The position numbers and the translations under genes are program-made. Positions 53,867-62,561 of a stretch of DNA of 64,000 nucleotides are shown here, piece by piece. The DNA comes from Desulfatiglandales bacterium (GTDB taxonomy: Bacteria > Desulfobacterota > DSM-4660 > Desulfatiglandales > Desulfatiglandaceae). Numbering within the stretch: position 1 is the first letter of the stretch; each line of letters opens with the position of its first letter. Below the pieces are notes generated by a model that was not told the origin of the DNA, ran no database searches, and saw nothing but the letters and a program-made list of their open reading frames with translations. The stretch covers positions 7,040,001 to 7,104,000 of the forward strand of contig OY759599.1 of NCBI GenBank assembly GCA_963662465.1. Reading direction: 5' to 3'.

Positions 53867-54274
53867 TCCCCAACGGGGCGTGACATACCAGCCCGGGGCA
53901 ACGCCCTGGGAACAGGTTGTAAAGATCGTCGAGCCCTGAAAGGGCTTGACATTATACACATAATTTACAGGCAGCCTAATTTATGTAACGCCCTTTCAGG
54001 GCTGATGTTGTTGTTAAACCCTCACCCAGGGCGTTGCCCCGGGCTGATATGTAATGCCCTTTCAGGGCTAGAGCAGAAAGGTATCAATTCAGTTGCGAAG
54101 CACCATAACGCAGTAGATTCGGTAAAAGAGGCGCTCCCGAAGGGTTCAACTTTTTCCCTGAAAGTCCCTGAATTATTGACAGCATTTCGGTGTTTGCAGG
54201 GGGTGTGCATTTATTGCATAACATTTTAATATTTCATTATTTTTATTCAATTTCAAGAAAGTTGAATGCAGCTT

Positions 54275-54495
54275 TTAGGTGCAATACGAAGGTAATCATC
54301 CTGATTGCGAATCACATGGTCATGGAACGATTTCCGCCACGGCGAGAACCCCAAACGTTTTGTAATGGATCCTTTCCATTGCTTGATGATCCGGGATACC
54401 GTAGGGGCGACCTGTGGTCGCCCGTTAACCTGTGGTCGCCCGTCATTTGTAAACGGGCGAACATAAGGCGGGCGAACACAGTTCGCCCCTACATC
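54275..54495 (-). pseudogene. REP-associated tyrosine transposase fragment with GTAG-type REPs
   Basis: IIKQWKG...W.KSFHDHVIRN; GTAGGGGCGACCTGTGGTCGCCC hairpin. Confidence 0.7.
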
Positions 54496-54607
54496 GTACC
54501 CCTGCAACCGGTTACGTTTTCGTGTTGGGTATTTGGAGGCATTTACCTGGGAACATTGAGCAAAGATCGTCGAGCCCTGTAAGGGCTTGATATACATGGG
54601 AGATCGC

Positions 54608-55063
54608 ATGGCCCAATCACTCGCGAAGATAGCATTACACCTCGTGTACAGTACGAAAAATCGGGAACCCTGGATTAAAGACTTGAGTTTGCGGTCTCGC
54701 TTGCACGCCTATCTTGCCGGGGCGTGTAGAGCGGTAGGCAGCGAAGCATACCGCGTGGGGGGCACCGATGATCACGTTCATATCGCATGTACATTGCCGC
54801 GAACGTTAACCGTAAGCAAATTGCTGGAGGAGATCAAGAAATCGTCATCGATATGGGTGAAGAAGCAGGATGACCAACTTCGATTGTTTGCTTGGCAGGC
54901 CGGATACGGTGCTTTTTCCGTTGGAACGTCGCAGGTACCCGTGCTGATGAACTACATTGACAATCAACTGGAACACCACCATTCAAGCACCTTTAAAGAG
55001 GAATTTCTGAACTTCCTCAACCGCTATGGAATTGAATACGATGAACGATATCTCTGGGACTGA
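54608..55063 (+). CDS. tnpA: IS200/RAYT-type HUH (Y1) transposase, intact
   Basis: HLVYSTKNR, DHVH, WQAGYGAFSV, YIDNQ.EHH. Confidence 0.92.
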   Translation: MAQSLAKIALHLVYSTKNREPWIKDLSLRSRLHAYLAGACRAVGSEAYRVGGTDDHVHIACTLPRTLTVSKLLEEIKKSSSIWVKKQDDQLRLFAWQAGYGAFSVGTSQVPVLMNYIDNQLEHHHSSTFKEEFLNFLNRYGIEYDERYLWD

Positions 55064-55513
55064 AAGGGGTGTCACGCCCTTTCAGGGCTTCGGTTTTTGT
55101 GGATTTAAACCCAGGGCGTTGCCCTGGGCTGGTATGTATTGCCCTTTCAGGGCAAAAAATTGAAATGGTCAAAAATTGATTAATAAACCAATATTTGAAG
55201 GGTTATGCAGGTGGGGTGGGGCCAAGCTAACCGATTAGAATGATTAGTGATACTATGAAAACAAGACCCTGTGGAGCCATCGGGACGTCCATAAGTTTAT
55301 AAGAAACTCGCGCAAAGGCGCCAAGCCGCAAAGAAGAGACGAAAGATGACGGAAGACGAAGGACAGCGGTGAGACGACAGATGGCCTCTCCCTACTGGGC
55401 ATGGAGATAATTGCTGGGAAATTGTTCATGGAAGAATCCAGAGGACGGGGAGGGACTGAGGGACAAAGAGACTAAGGGCCGCAGGGATTTGATTTGAAAA
55501 TAATCGGTGATTT

Positions 55514-55849
55514 TTATTCCACCCAAATAAGCCGACGGGCTATGGCGCAGGCCTTTGCAAGGGTTTGCCTGTCAAGTGTGCCGATTTTTTTCACCAGTCG
55601 TTTTTTGTCCAGGCTTCTCAGTTGATCGAGCATGATCTTGGAATCCCTGTCGAGCCCACCTGTACCACGGAGAATGAACATTTCAAAGGGATATACCTTG
55701 CCGGTTGAAGAGGTTATGGGAGCAACAATCAATCTGGGCGAACTGTGATTCATGGCATTTACCGAAATGATGAGTCCTGGCCTGGTCTTGCCGATTTCGG
55801 TTTGTACCGTGGGGTCCAGATTCACAAGATAGATGTCTCCCTGATTCAT
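55514..55849 (-). CDS. mazF: PemK/MazF toxin
   Basis: QGDIYLVNLDP..EIGKTRP, VAPITS, DQLRSLDKKRL. Confidence 0.92.
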   Translation of the reverse strand: MNQGDIYLVNLDPTVQTEIGKTRPGLIISVNAMNHSSPRLIVAPITSSTGKVYPFEMFILRGTGGLDRDSKIMLDQLRSLDKKRLVKKIGTLDRQTLAKACAIARRLIWVE

Positions 55850-55850
55850 T

Positions 55851-56093
55851 TCAACGCCATCCCTCTGTGTCCAATGGTTTCCAGTCGTTGATGGCGGCTT
55901 CACGTGCTTTGTCGGTTGCAGCCTCGGCAAATTCCAGACGCAACGCCTTTTCTTCACTTTCCCGTATCTTTCTTAGAACTTCGCGCTTCAATAATTCATT
56001 GACAGCTCGGCTTTTTTGACGGTTGGGTACCAGTTGGCCAAAACTTTCCCATGTCTCCCGTTCAAGGGTTAAATTTACTCTGATCTGTTCCAT
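55851..56093 (-). CDS. antitoxin partner of MazF
   Basis: RHH-like N-terminus, acidic C-terminus, adjacent to mazF. Confidence 0.75.
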   Translation of the reverse strand: MEQIRVNLTLERETWESFGQLVPNRQKSRAVNELLKREVLRKIRESEEKALRLEFAEAATDKAREAAINDWKPLDTEGWR

Positions 56094-56327
56094 CTGTCCC
56101 CCCTTTGTTCATTTATATCCATAGGGCCTGTATTGTAATACAGTGAAGTCAGGATTTCAATCAGAAACAGGCTTGAGGTCGTGGGGCTGCGGGATGTCCA
56201 TGTGGGCCGGGGTCAGGCTTTCCTTATTGTCGTTATTGGGTATTGGAAATCAAATGGGCGAATTGTACTTGACTGTCAATATTGCATATTATAATGTGAG
56301 ATAAAATCAAATTGTGCATAATATAAT

Positions 56328-56645
56328 ATGGAAAAAATATTAATATCCCATAACCGCCATTGGGAAACCCCCTATCAGGGGCTGTACCCGAGACAGATGT
56401 TCCAGAAGCTGGTCAGGCAGCTATCAGCAAGGCATATCCAGGTATTGCAGGGGATCCGGAGAAGCGGTAAATCCACGGTGTTCAAGCTGATGATCAATCA
56501 TCTTTCAGCATTGCACGACCCCATGGAAATCTTGTACCTGAACCTTGAGGACCCGTTTTTCATCCAGTTCAGCCAGTCGCCTGAAAAACTCTACGACGTC
56601 ATCGATACGGCCCGAAAATTGACGGGGCAGGAAGGCCGGAAGTAG
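56328..56645 (+). pseudogene. N-terminal fragment of AAA+ ATPase (AAA_14-like)
   Basis: Walker A GIRRSGKST, ILYLNLED; ends before Walker B. Confidence 0.75.
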
Positions 56646-56658
56646 GCGGTTCGAAGCG

Positions 56659-56766
56659 TTAGGCGTGCCCTTTTCCCCTAGAGCTTTTCTGTTGTTTATG
56701 GATAAAATATAGAAAAGCCAAACCAAATATGATCATTATCAACCCACCTAAGATGACAGAATACAT
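56659..56766 (-). CDS. 35-aa single-TM peptide
   Basis: MYSVILGGLIMIIFGLAFLYFIHK...; AGGAGG RBS; abuts the upstream gene. Confidence 0.5.
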   Translation of the reverse strand: MYSVILGGLIMIIFGLAFLYFIHKQQKSSRGKGHA

Positions 56767-56964
56767 CTATGCCTCCTTTTCGATAAATATGGCTAATAAG
56801 TATACGAAAACAGAAATAATTACGCCCAAAAAAACCAATATCGGGTTTATTTTAAGTTGATGAAACAAAGGTGCAATGACTGAAGCGGCGAAAATGATCT
56901 TGCCAGTATCAGTTAGAATGTCTGCAATCCTTTTCTTTTGTTTTTCGTTCAGAATCATAGCCAT
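56767..56964 (-). CDS. small two-TM membrane protein
   Basis: QKKRIADILTDTGKIIFA plus two hydrophobic segments. Confidence 0.6.
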   Translation of the reverse strand: MAMILNEKQKKRIADILTDTGKIIFAASVIAPLFHQLKINPILVFLGVIISVFVYLLAIFIEKEA

Positions 56965-58065
56965 TCGCTTCCCATTTCTTTAACTTTATACTCAGATTGG
57001 AGTTGTGTCAATTTAAAAAGAAGCTTCTGGACGGAGAGCGAACAGAACCTGTCAAGAGAAATTTGGGACAGACCCCATTTACTCTTTTTCACCATGAAGG
57101 ACATGAAGGGCGTGAAGATTGACGCGGGCTTGTAATGACGGAACCAAAAATCATCCATCTGGGCGGTGAACATGCGGATGGGGTCGGGCCGGGGTAAGTA
57201 CTCAATATGTAAGGAAGAATATCTAATTTTCCCCTTTAAAACGGGCCTATATTGATCTTTTCGGGGCCAAAAAGTTTGTTTTTCTTTGAGATTATGGCGA
57301 GAGCAAAGCGACATTTTATTCCGGGGTACATCTGGCATATCCCTATAAGGCGATGATAACGGTGCACCCGCAGCGTTGGACGGATGATCCATTTCAATGG
57401 ACTAAGGAGCTGGTTTGGCAGAATTTGAAGAATTTGGTGAAGCGCTTTTTGATCCACAGATCACGCAGATGAAACGACCGCAACAACGGTTTCACGGCGC
57501 AGGCAGAGACGCGGAGAGAACAGACCTCAATATTCTGACAGGATTAACGGGATAAAAGAAAAGGGTCATCAGTATCTTGAAAATCGTGTAAATCCTGTCA
57601 AAATAACAGCGTTGGCTCGGCAGCTTAAACGGCAAAAGCCCGCTCTGGGAAAAAAATTGGACACGGATGAACACAGATGAACGCGGATAGTTTATTGCAG
57701 AATAAAAGGGTGGAGGACGGAAGGCTGAGGACGGAAGGCAGAGGACGGAGAGCCGGAGATTAGAAAGCCGAAGGGAAACGAATCAATCCCATTTGGTCGA
57801 AATGATGATCGAAAGCGAAGACCTCCGTGATGTTTAAGCGCTTCATCAGCGCATACGAGGTGCAATCTGTAAATGACCCCATTTTATCGACGTTGTACTT
57901 CTCGAACGTATCCCAAGCTTCCTTTGGGCTACGGCCACAAGCCGGGACAAAATGTTTGAATACGATTCAAAAGATTGAATGATTGATCGGAAATTGAGGA
58001 AACAACAAGAGTGAAACCGAAAAAAAACAACCATGGGAGGCGAATTTATAAAATGGCAATTTCAG

Positions 58066-58173
58066 CGACCAGGGCAACCACAGGGGGTTGCCCCTACGGG
58101 AGACCGCGATAACCGGTAAAACCAGATTGGCATTGACCTCGATGTCCCGTAGGGGCAGGCCCCTGTGCCTGCC
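58066..58173. repeat. GTAG-type REP hairpins
   Basis: GGGCAACCACAGGGGGTTGCCCCTAC and GTAGGGGCAGGCCCCTGTGCCTGCCC. Confidence 0.7.
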
Positions 58174-58364
58174 CTGTCCCCATGCCTACCGAGTCCCGTA
58201 TCCACCCCCAAAACAACCCATAATACGCAACCCAGGCGTGGGCAACCGGAAATCGAGGAAGCGACAAGGTAACTTTTTTGTATTGCACCCTTCCAAACTC
58301 TGGTGGGGATGGATGGATGGATGAAAGTCAGGCATTGGTCAGGCTGTCCCGCTTTGTGTCCGTA

Positions 58365-58634
58365 GCCTTCCTTTGCGATGGTATCATCGATCCAAATCAT
58401 GTCAAGAACATGTTCCGCTATGAGAATATCAATCATTGCTTTGTACTGAATGGTTGGAGCATATCCGATATTCATGAGAAGGAGGGTAAACAGCTCATCC
58501 AAAATATAATTGGATGTGACAAGCTTACGCCTGCTGGTAATCTCGTTTCTGAACCTTATTGCGCTGAGATGCTCCTTATCGGCTTTATCAGCCAGGGCAT
58601 CCCAGGCACTGGTATCGACAAAGAGCTGATTCAC
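58365..58634 (-). pseudogene. PIN toxin, 3'-truncated
   Basis: LFVDTSAW.AL, VTSNYILDE; loses homology after DDTIAKE. Confidence 0.75.
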
Positions 58635-58897
58635 GACTGCTTTCCGTAAAGATAGAGGTCGTGGTCTCGGGCTGCGTCTCTTAAACAACCGGGCACGGCA
58701 TCATCCCCAAGAGACTCGAACGTTTGCCATCCCTTTTCGGAGGGACTTGTATCTTCAATCATGTCGGACGCCGCTTGGATGCGAATTTCTCCGGGTTTCA
58801 TTTCGACCTGTAATCGTGCCCCCAAACCTGCCTTATGCAGCCAACGCTTATCTATCCAAACGCCTTGACTGACATTTAGAATTTGTCTTTCCTGCAT
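58631..58897 (-). CDS. putative AbrB-like antitoxin
   Basis: Ends DAARDHDLYLYG, GTGA overlap with the PIN gene; TTGACA-17-TAGAAT promoter at 58936-58964. Confidence 0.7.
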   Translation of the reverse strand: MQERQILNVSQGVWIDKRWLHKAGLGARLQVEMKPGEIRIQAASDMIEDTSPSEKGWQTFESLGDDAVPGCLRDAARDHDLYLYGKQS

Positions 58898-58983
58898 GGC
58901 GCAACTCCTTTGTAAAAAATACTTAGATTGCCCAGATTCTAATCCCCTGATCCTATTTTGTCAACAATATGGGCGCGTAGAGG

Positions 58984-60904
58984 CAGGGTGAATTTATTCT
59001 TCCGAATTATCCAAATAAAATATAAAAGTTGCGCTACATTATGGACAGAAACCCTCGGATGGTGTATATACTGTGACAGGCACCAAACCAATTCGGGGTT
59101 TAAATTCTTGAACGTTAAGCAAGTCCGCATTCAAATAGTCCGCCCGCTTGAAGAACAACGCTTTCAGCATCTGATGTAGTCGCATCATTATTTGGGCGCT
59201 CTTCCCAAGATCAGCGAAACCCTCTGGTATACAGCTAGACTAAATAGTGAGTGGATTGCGCTTGTCAGTTTTTCTGCTCCCGCTTTGAAATGTACACCAA
59301 GGGACAGCTGGATCGGATGGAATTTTCGCCATCAATACGATCGACTGAAACTGGTAACCAATAACAGTCGTTTTCTAATTTTGCCCGAATGGCATATTCC
59401 GAATCTCGCATCCCGTATCCTTTCATTATGTCGGAAGCGAATGCAGGCTGATTGGCAGGAGCGTTTCGGGCATCCGGTTGTACTCCTGGAAACCTTTGTG
59501 GACCCAAAGCAATTCCACGGAACCGTATATCGAGCGTCCAATTGGATATATGTTGGTAAAACAAAGGGTTTTCATCGAACTCGCCAAGGCTACAGCGATA
59601 AAGCGGATTCACCGAAAATGGTTTTTCTTAAACCATTGGTTTCCAATGTTCAAGCACTGTTATCCCGACCTGTTCTCAAAAAACCATATCTTACAGGAGG
59701 TTACAAAATCATGCTCAGTGCGGAACATATGAAATCTCTACCCGACTTTTTTGCTCAAATTCCCGACCCGCGTCGATCCCAGGGACGACGTCACAGGCTC
59801 TCCACTGTTCTGGCCATTGCCACCGCCGCAACACTGTGCGGAATGCGCGGTTATCTGGCGATATCCGATTGGGTAAATGGTCTTGGACAAAAAGCCCTTG
59901 AGCGTTTCCGTTGCCGATATGAAAATAAGCGCTATGTAGCTCCCAGTCAGTCTACTATCCGTGATGTTCTGGTTCGCGTTGACCCCACAGAACTCGACAA
60001 AGCTCTCCAGCGTTGGAATCTGCTTTACGGTGAACAGGACGAAAGCTTGGCCATCGATGGAAAAACCATGTGTAATGCCATCGATGAACAAGGTTATCAG
60101 ACTCACATCATGAGTGCTGTCGGCCATCAAACTAAGACCTGTTACACCCAAAAAAAGTCGGTTCTCTCCCTGTAGAAGGCAAAGACGAACTCAAGCGAAC
60201 CAATGAAATCAAAACGGCTGCCCCTTTACTGGACGCGATTGATATCGAAGGCAAAGTCATTTCAGCTGATGCACTGCTAACCCAAAGGGCTTTTGCTAAA
60301 TATTTGGTTTAGCAACGCAACGCCCATTACCATTTCATCGCCAAAAACAACCAGCCCACATTACTTCAAGACATTTCCCTGTATTTTGAGGACTGCAACG
60401 ATCCTGATTTCATACAACACGATGCTCCCGATCATGGTCGCATCGAAGTGCGCAAAATATGGACGACTACCGAACTTAACCTATACCTGGATTTCCCGTA
60501 TGTCGGCCAGGCTTTTATGATCCAGAGAGAAGTTATAAACAAGAAAACCGGTAAATGCACAGTTGAGGTTGCTTACGGCATAACGAGTCAAGCACCTGAT
60601 CAGGCGAATCCCGAACGTGTACTTTCTATCAATCGCGGTCACTGGACCATTGAAAACGAGTGCCATTACATCATCGACTGGAACTACGACGAAGATCGAA
60701 GCCGAATAAGAACCGGCAATGGTCCTGAAAACATGACCAGGCTGCGTAGATTCGCAGTTGGCATCATTAAGGCGAAAGGCGTTCGCAGTGTAGCTCAGAA
60801 AATGCGCCAGCTCACGCAGAACGTAAGGGGTGTCTTCGACTATCTCAAGATGACCAAAAATTCAGTGCCCCAAGCGTGATACCTGTTAGAACAAATTTAC
60901 CGTG
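58984..60904 (+). mobile_element. ISAs1-family element (1921 bp)
   Basis: Imperfect 17-bp IR CAGGGTGAATTTATTCT; 10-bp TSD CGCGTAGAGG at 58974-58983 and 60905-60914. Confidence 0.9.
59108..60879 (+). pseudogene. DUF4338-ISAs1 transposase fusion with two TAG stops and a frameshift at AAAAAAAG
   Basis: NNSRFLILP, IPDPR, AIDGKT, ADALLTQ, RGHWTIEN, DEDRSR; TAG at 59177 and 60310. Confidence 0.85.
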
Positions 60905-61052
60905 CGCGTAGAGGGCGGAGGGCAGAAGACAGTTTTGAGTTTTGGGTTTTGGGTTTTGAGTTGAAGGGAAAGGGCGGAGGTCGGAGGGCAGTTTTGGGTT
61001 TTGGGTTTTGGGTTTTGAGTTTTGGGTTGAAGGGAAAGGGCGGAGGTGAGCC

Positions 61053-61391
61053 TTATCCTTTGCTGGATGCTGAAATGAGGTGCTCATTTTTGAATTTCTT
61101 GAGATCCAACACATCAAAGGCATACGCACGGCCGGCCTTGCAGGCCGTCAAACGCCCCTTTTTAATCCACCTTCTCAGCGTTACCTCTGAGATCCCGAGA
61201 TATTCTGAAGCCTCCTTCAGATTCAATGGCTTTAACGCGATTTCAGTTTGCCACTGCTTCAGATCCAGCACCTCAGGGGAGTCTTGATGTGTCCCCATTA
61301 TCCCATATTTTAAAATGTACACGCCCAGCTTTTCCTTTTCTTTTTCAGGAAGCTGGTAGATTGAATCAATGACGTTTTCTGCAGTTTGCAT
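61053..61391 (-). CDS. excisionase-like HTH protein (probable antitoxin)
   Basis: LNLKEASEYLGISEVTLRRWIKKG. Confidence 0.75.
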   Translation of the reverse strand: MQTAENVIDSIYQLPEKEKEKLGVYILKYGIMGTHQDSPEVLDLKQWQTEIALKPLNLKEASEYLGISEVTLRRWIKKGRLTACKAGRAYAFDVLDLKKFKNEHLISASSKG

Positions 61392-61393
61392 GG

Positions 61394-61678
61394 TTACCTC
61401 CATGTTTCTTTAAGATATTTCTTGAGATCTCTGTAGAAGTTCTCGTGAGGGCCTGTCTATAGAACAAGTGAATCGTCTTCAAGTTTATAAGCCATTAGCG
61501 TCAAATGGCGACCCATGCTGAACTTGTATACTCGAAAACCGTCCAAATCTCCTTTTTTCGATTCACCGATGGTCGGATTCGTGACGATATCCTCAACGGC
61601 ATCCAACACAACCTGTTGAAAATGCCTTGGAAGCTTTTTTATATACTTTTTGAATGGCGGCATCTGAAGAATCTTCAT
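61394..61678 (-). pseudogene. RelE/ParE toxin with an in-frame TAG
   Basis: GESKKGDL..RVYKF...LVL*TGPHENFYRDLK. Confidence 0.8.
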
Positions 61679-61898
61679 GTCTGTAAGTTATCATAGGTTA
61701 TCATATCTTGTCAATGTAAACGAGATCAGAAGTTGGAATAATCTGAAACCCCCGGACAAAACCTCCTTAGCCTGGTGGATCGAAAAGGCATTGACGCAGT
61801 TGCCTGATCTAAAAAAGAAGTAACTCGCGCAGAGACGCGGAGGGAAGAAGGGTTTTTTTGTTTTTTTCGTAATTCCAGGGACATCTACTTCGGTAGTA

Positions 61899-62252
61899 TC
61901 AGGTAAAGCTTTCCTCTTTAATTCCGAATGCTTTGGCCAGTTTCTCCCTGGTTGCTTTGCGATAGACAGCGCCCTGTCGTTCCCATTTTGCCACCGTAGC
62001 CTGTTTCACCCCAATTCGGTTGGCCAGGTCCTCCTGAGTCCACCCTTTGTCGAGCCGCTCTCGTTTTACTGGATTCATGAATATATACGCTTCCGCTTCA
62101 TCTTGCTCATAAAGCGGTTGTGATGGGGCTTCATGGATGTCCCGCAAATCGGATTCATCCTGCAGTCGTTCCATGATTTTGCCAAACTCCTCCACGGGCA
62201 GCACCACAAATTTAACTTTCCCATTTTCGCTTATGGTCTGATATTCCATCAT
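61899..62252 (-). CDS. XRE HTH antitoxin
   Basis: WTQEDLANRIGVKQATVAKWE. Confidence 0.85.
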   Translation of the reverse strand: MMEYQTISENGKVKFVVLPVEEFGKIMERLQDESDLRDIHEAPSQPLYEQDEAEAYIFMNPVKRERLDKGWTQEDLANRIGVKQATVAKWERQGAVYRKATREKLAKAFGIKEESFT

Positions 62253-62512
62253 TACCTCTTGTAAACATCGCCTCTCGGGCGGATTTTGACGACTTCTATG
62301 ATCAATTGGTTATCTTCCCGCATATAAAGCACGCGATACTGTCCTACTCTCAGGCGGTATCCCTTCTTTCCCTGCAAGACGTCGACATCAAGGGTGAGAT
62401 CATCCGGATCTGCGGCAAGCTGATGCAACTGGTCCACTATGGCCGATTTGGCTTTGCGCGGCAACCGCGCGAGGTAGTTTCGTGCCTGACGTCTGTATTT
62501 CAATGTGTGCAT
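62252..62512 (-). CDS. RelE/ParE (HigB-like) toxin
   Basis: YRLRVGQYRVLY...RGDVYK. Confidence 0.9.
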   Translation of the reverse strand: MHTLKYRRQARNYLARLPRKAKSAIVDQLHQLAADPDDLTLDVDVLQGKKGYRLRVGQYRVLYMREDNQLIIEVVKIRPRGDVYKR

Positions 62513-62517
62513 CTTTT

Positions 62518-62545
62518 ATTATAGCCTTAAAAGATATATTGTCAA
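62518..62545 (-). promoter_or_regulatory. consensus sigma70 promoter, leaderless transcript
   Basis: TTGACA-16-TATAAT immediately before the toxin start. Confidence 0.7.
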
Positions 62546-62561
62546 TAGAGGGGATCAGGCG

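Larger units (their letters stand above)
53866..55153. repeat. REP-like palindromes (GCCCTTTCAGGGC and CCCAGGGCGTTGCCCTGGG types) flanking a Y1 transposase
   Basis: Copies at ~53892, 53933, 53990, 54025, 54056, 54573, 55076, 55110 and 55141. Confidence 0.8.

Noticed and set aside
54608..55500. IS605/TnpB RNA-guided system
   Set aside because: No tnpB or iscB ORF next to tnpA
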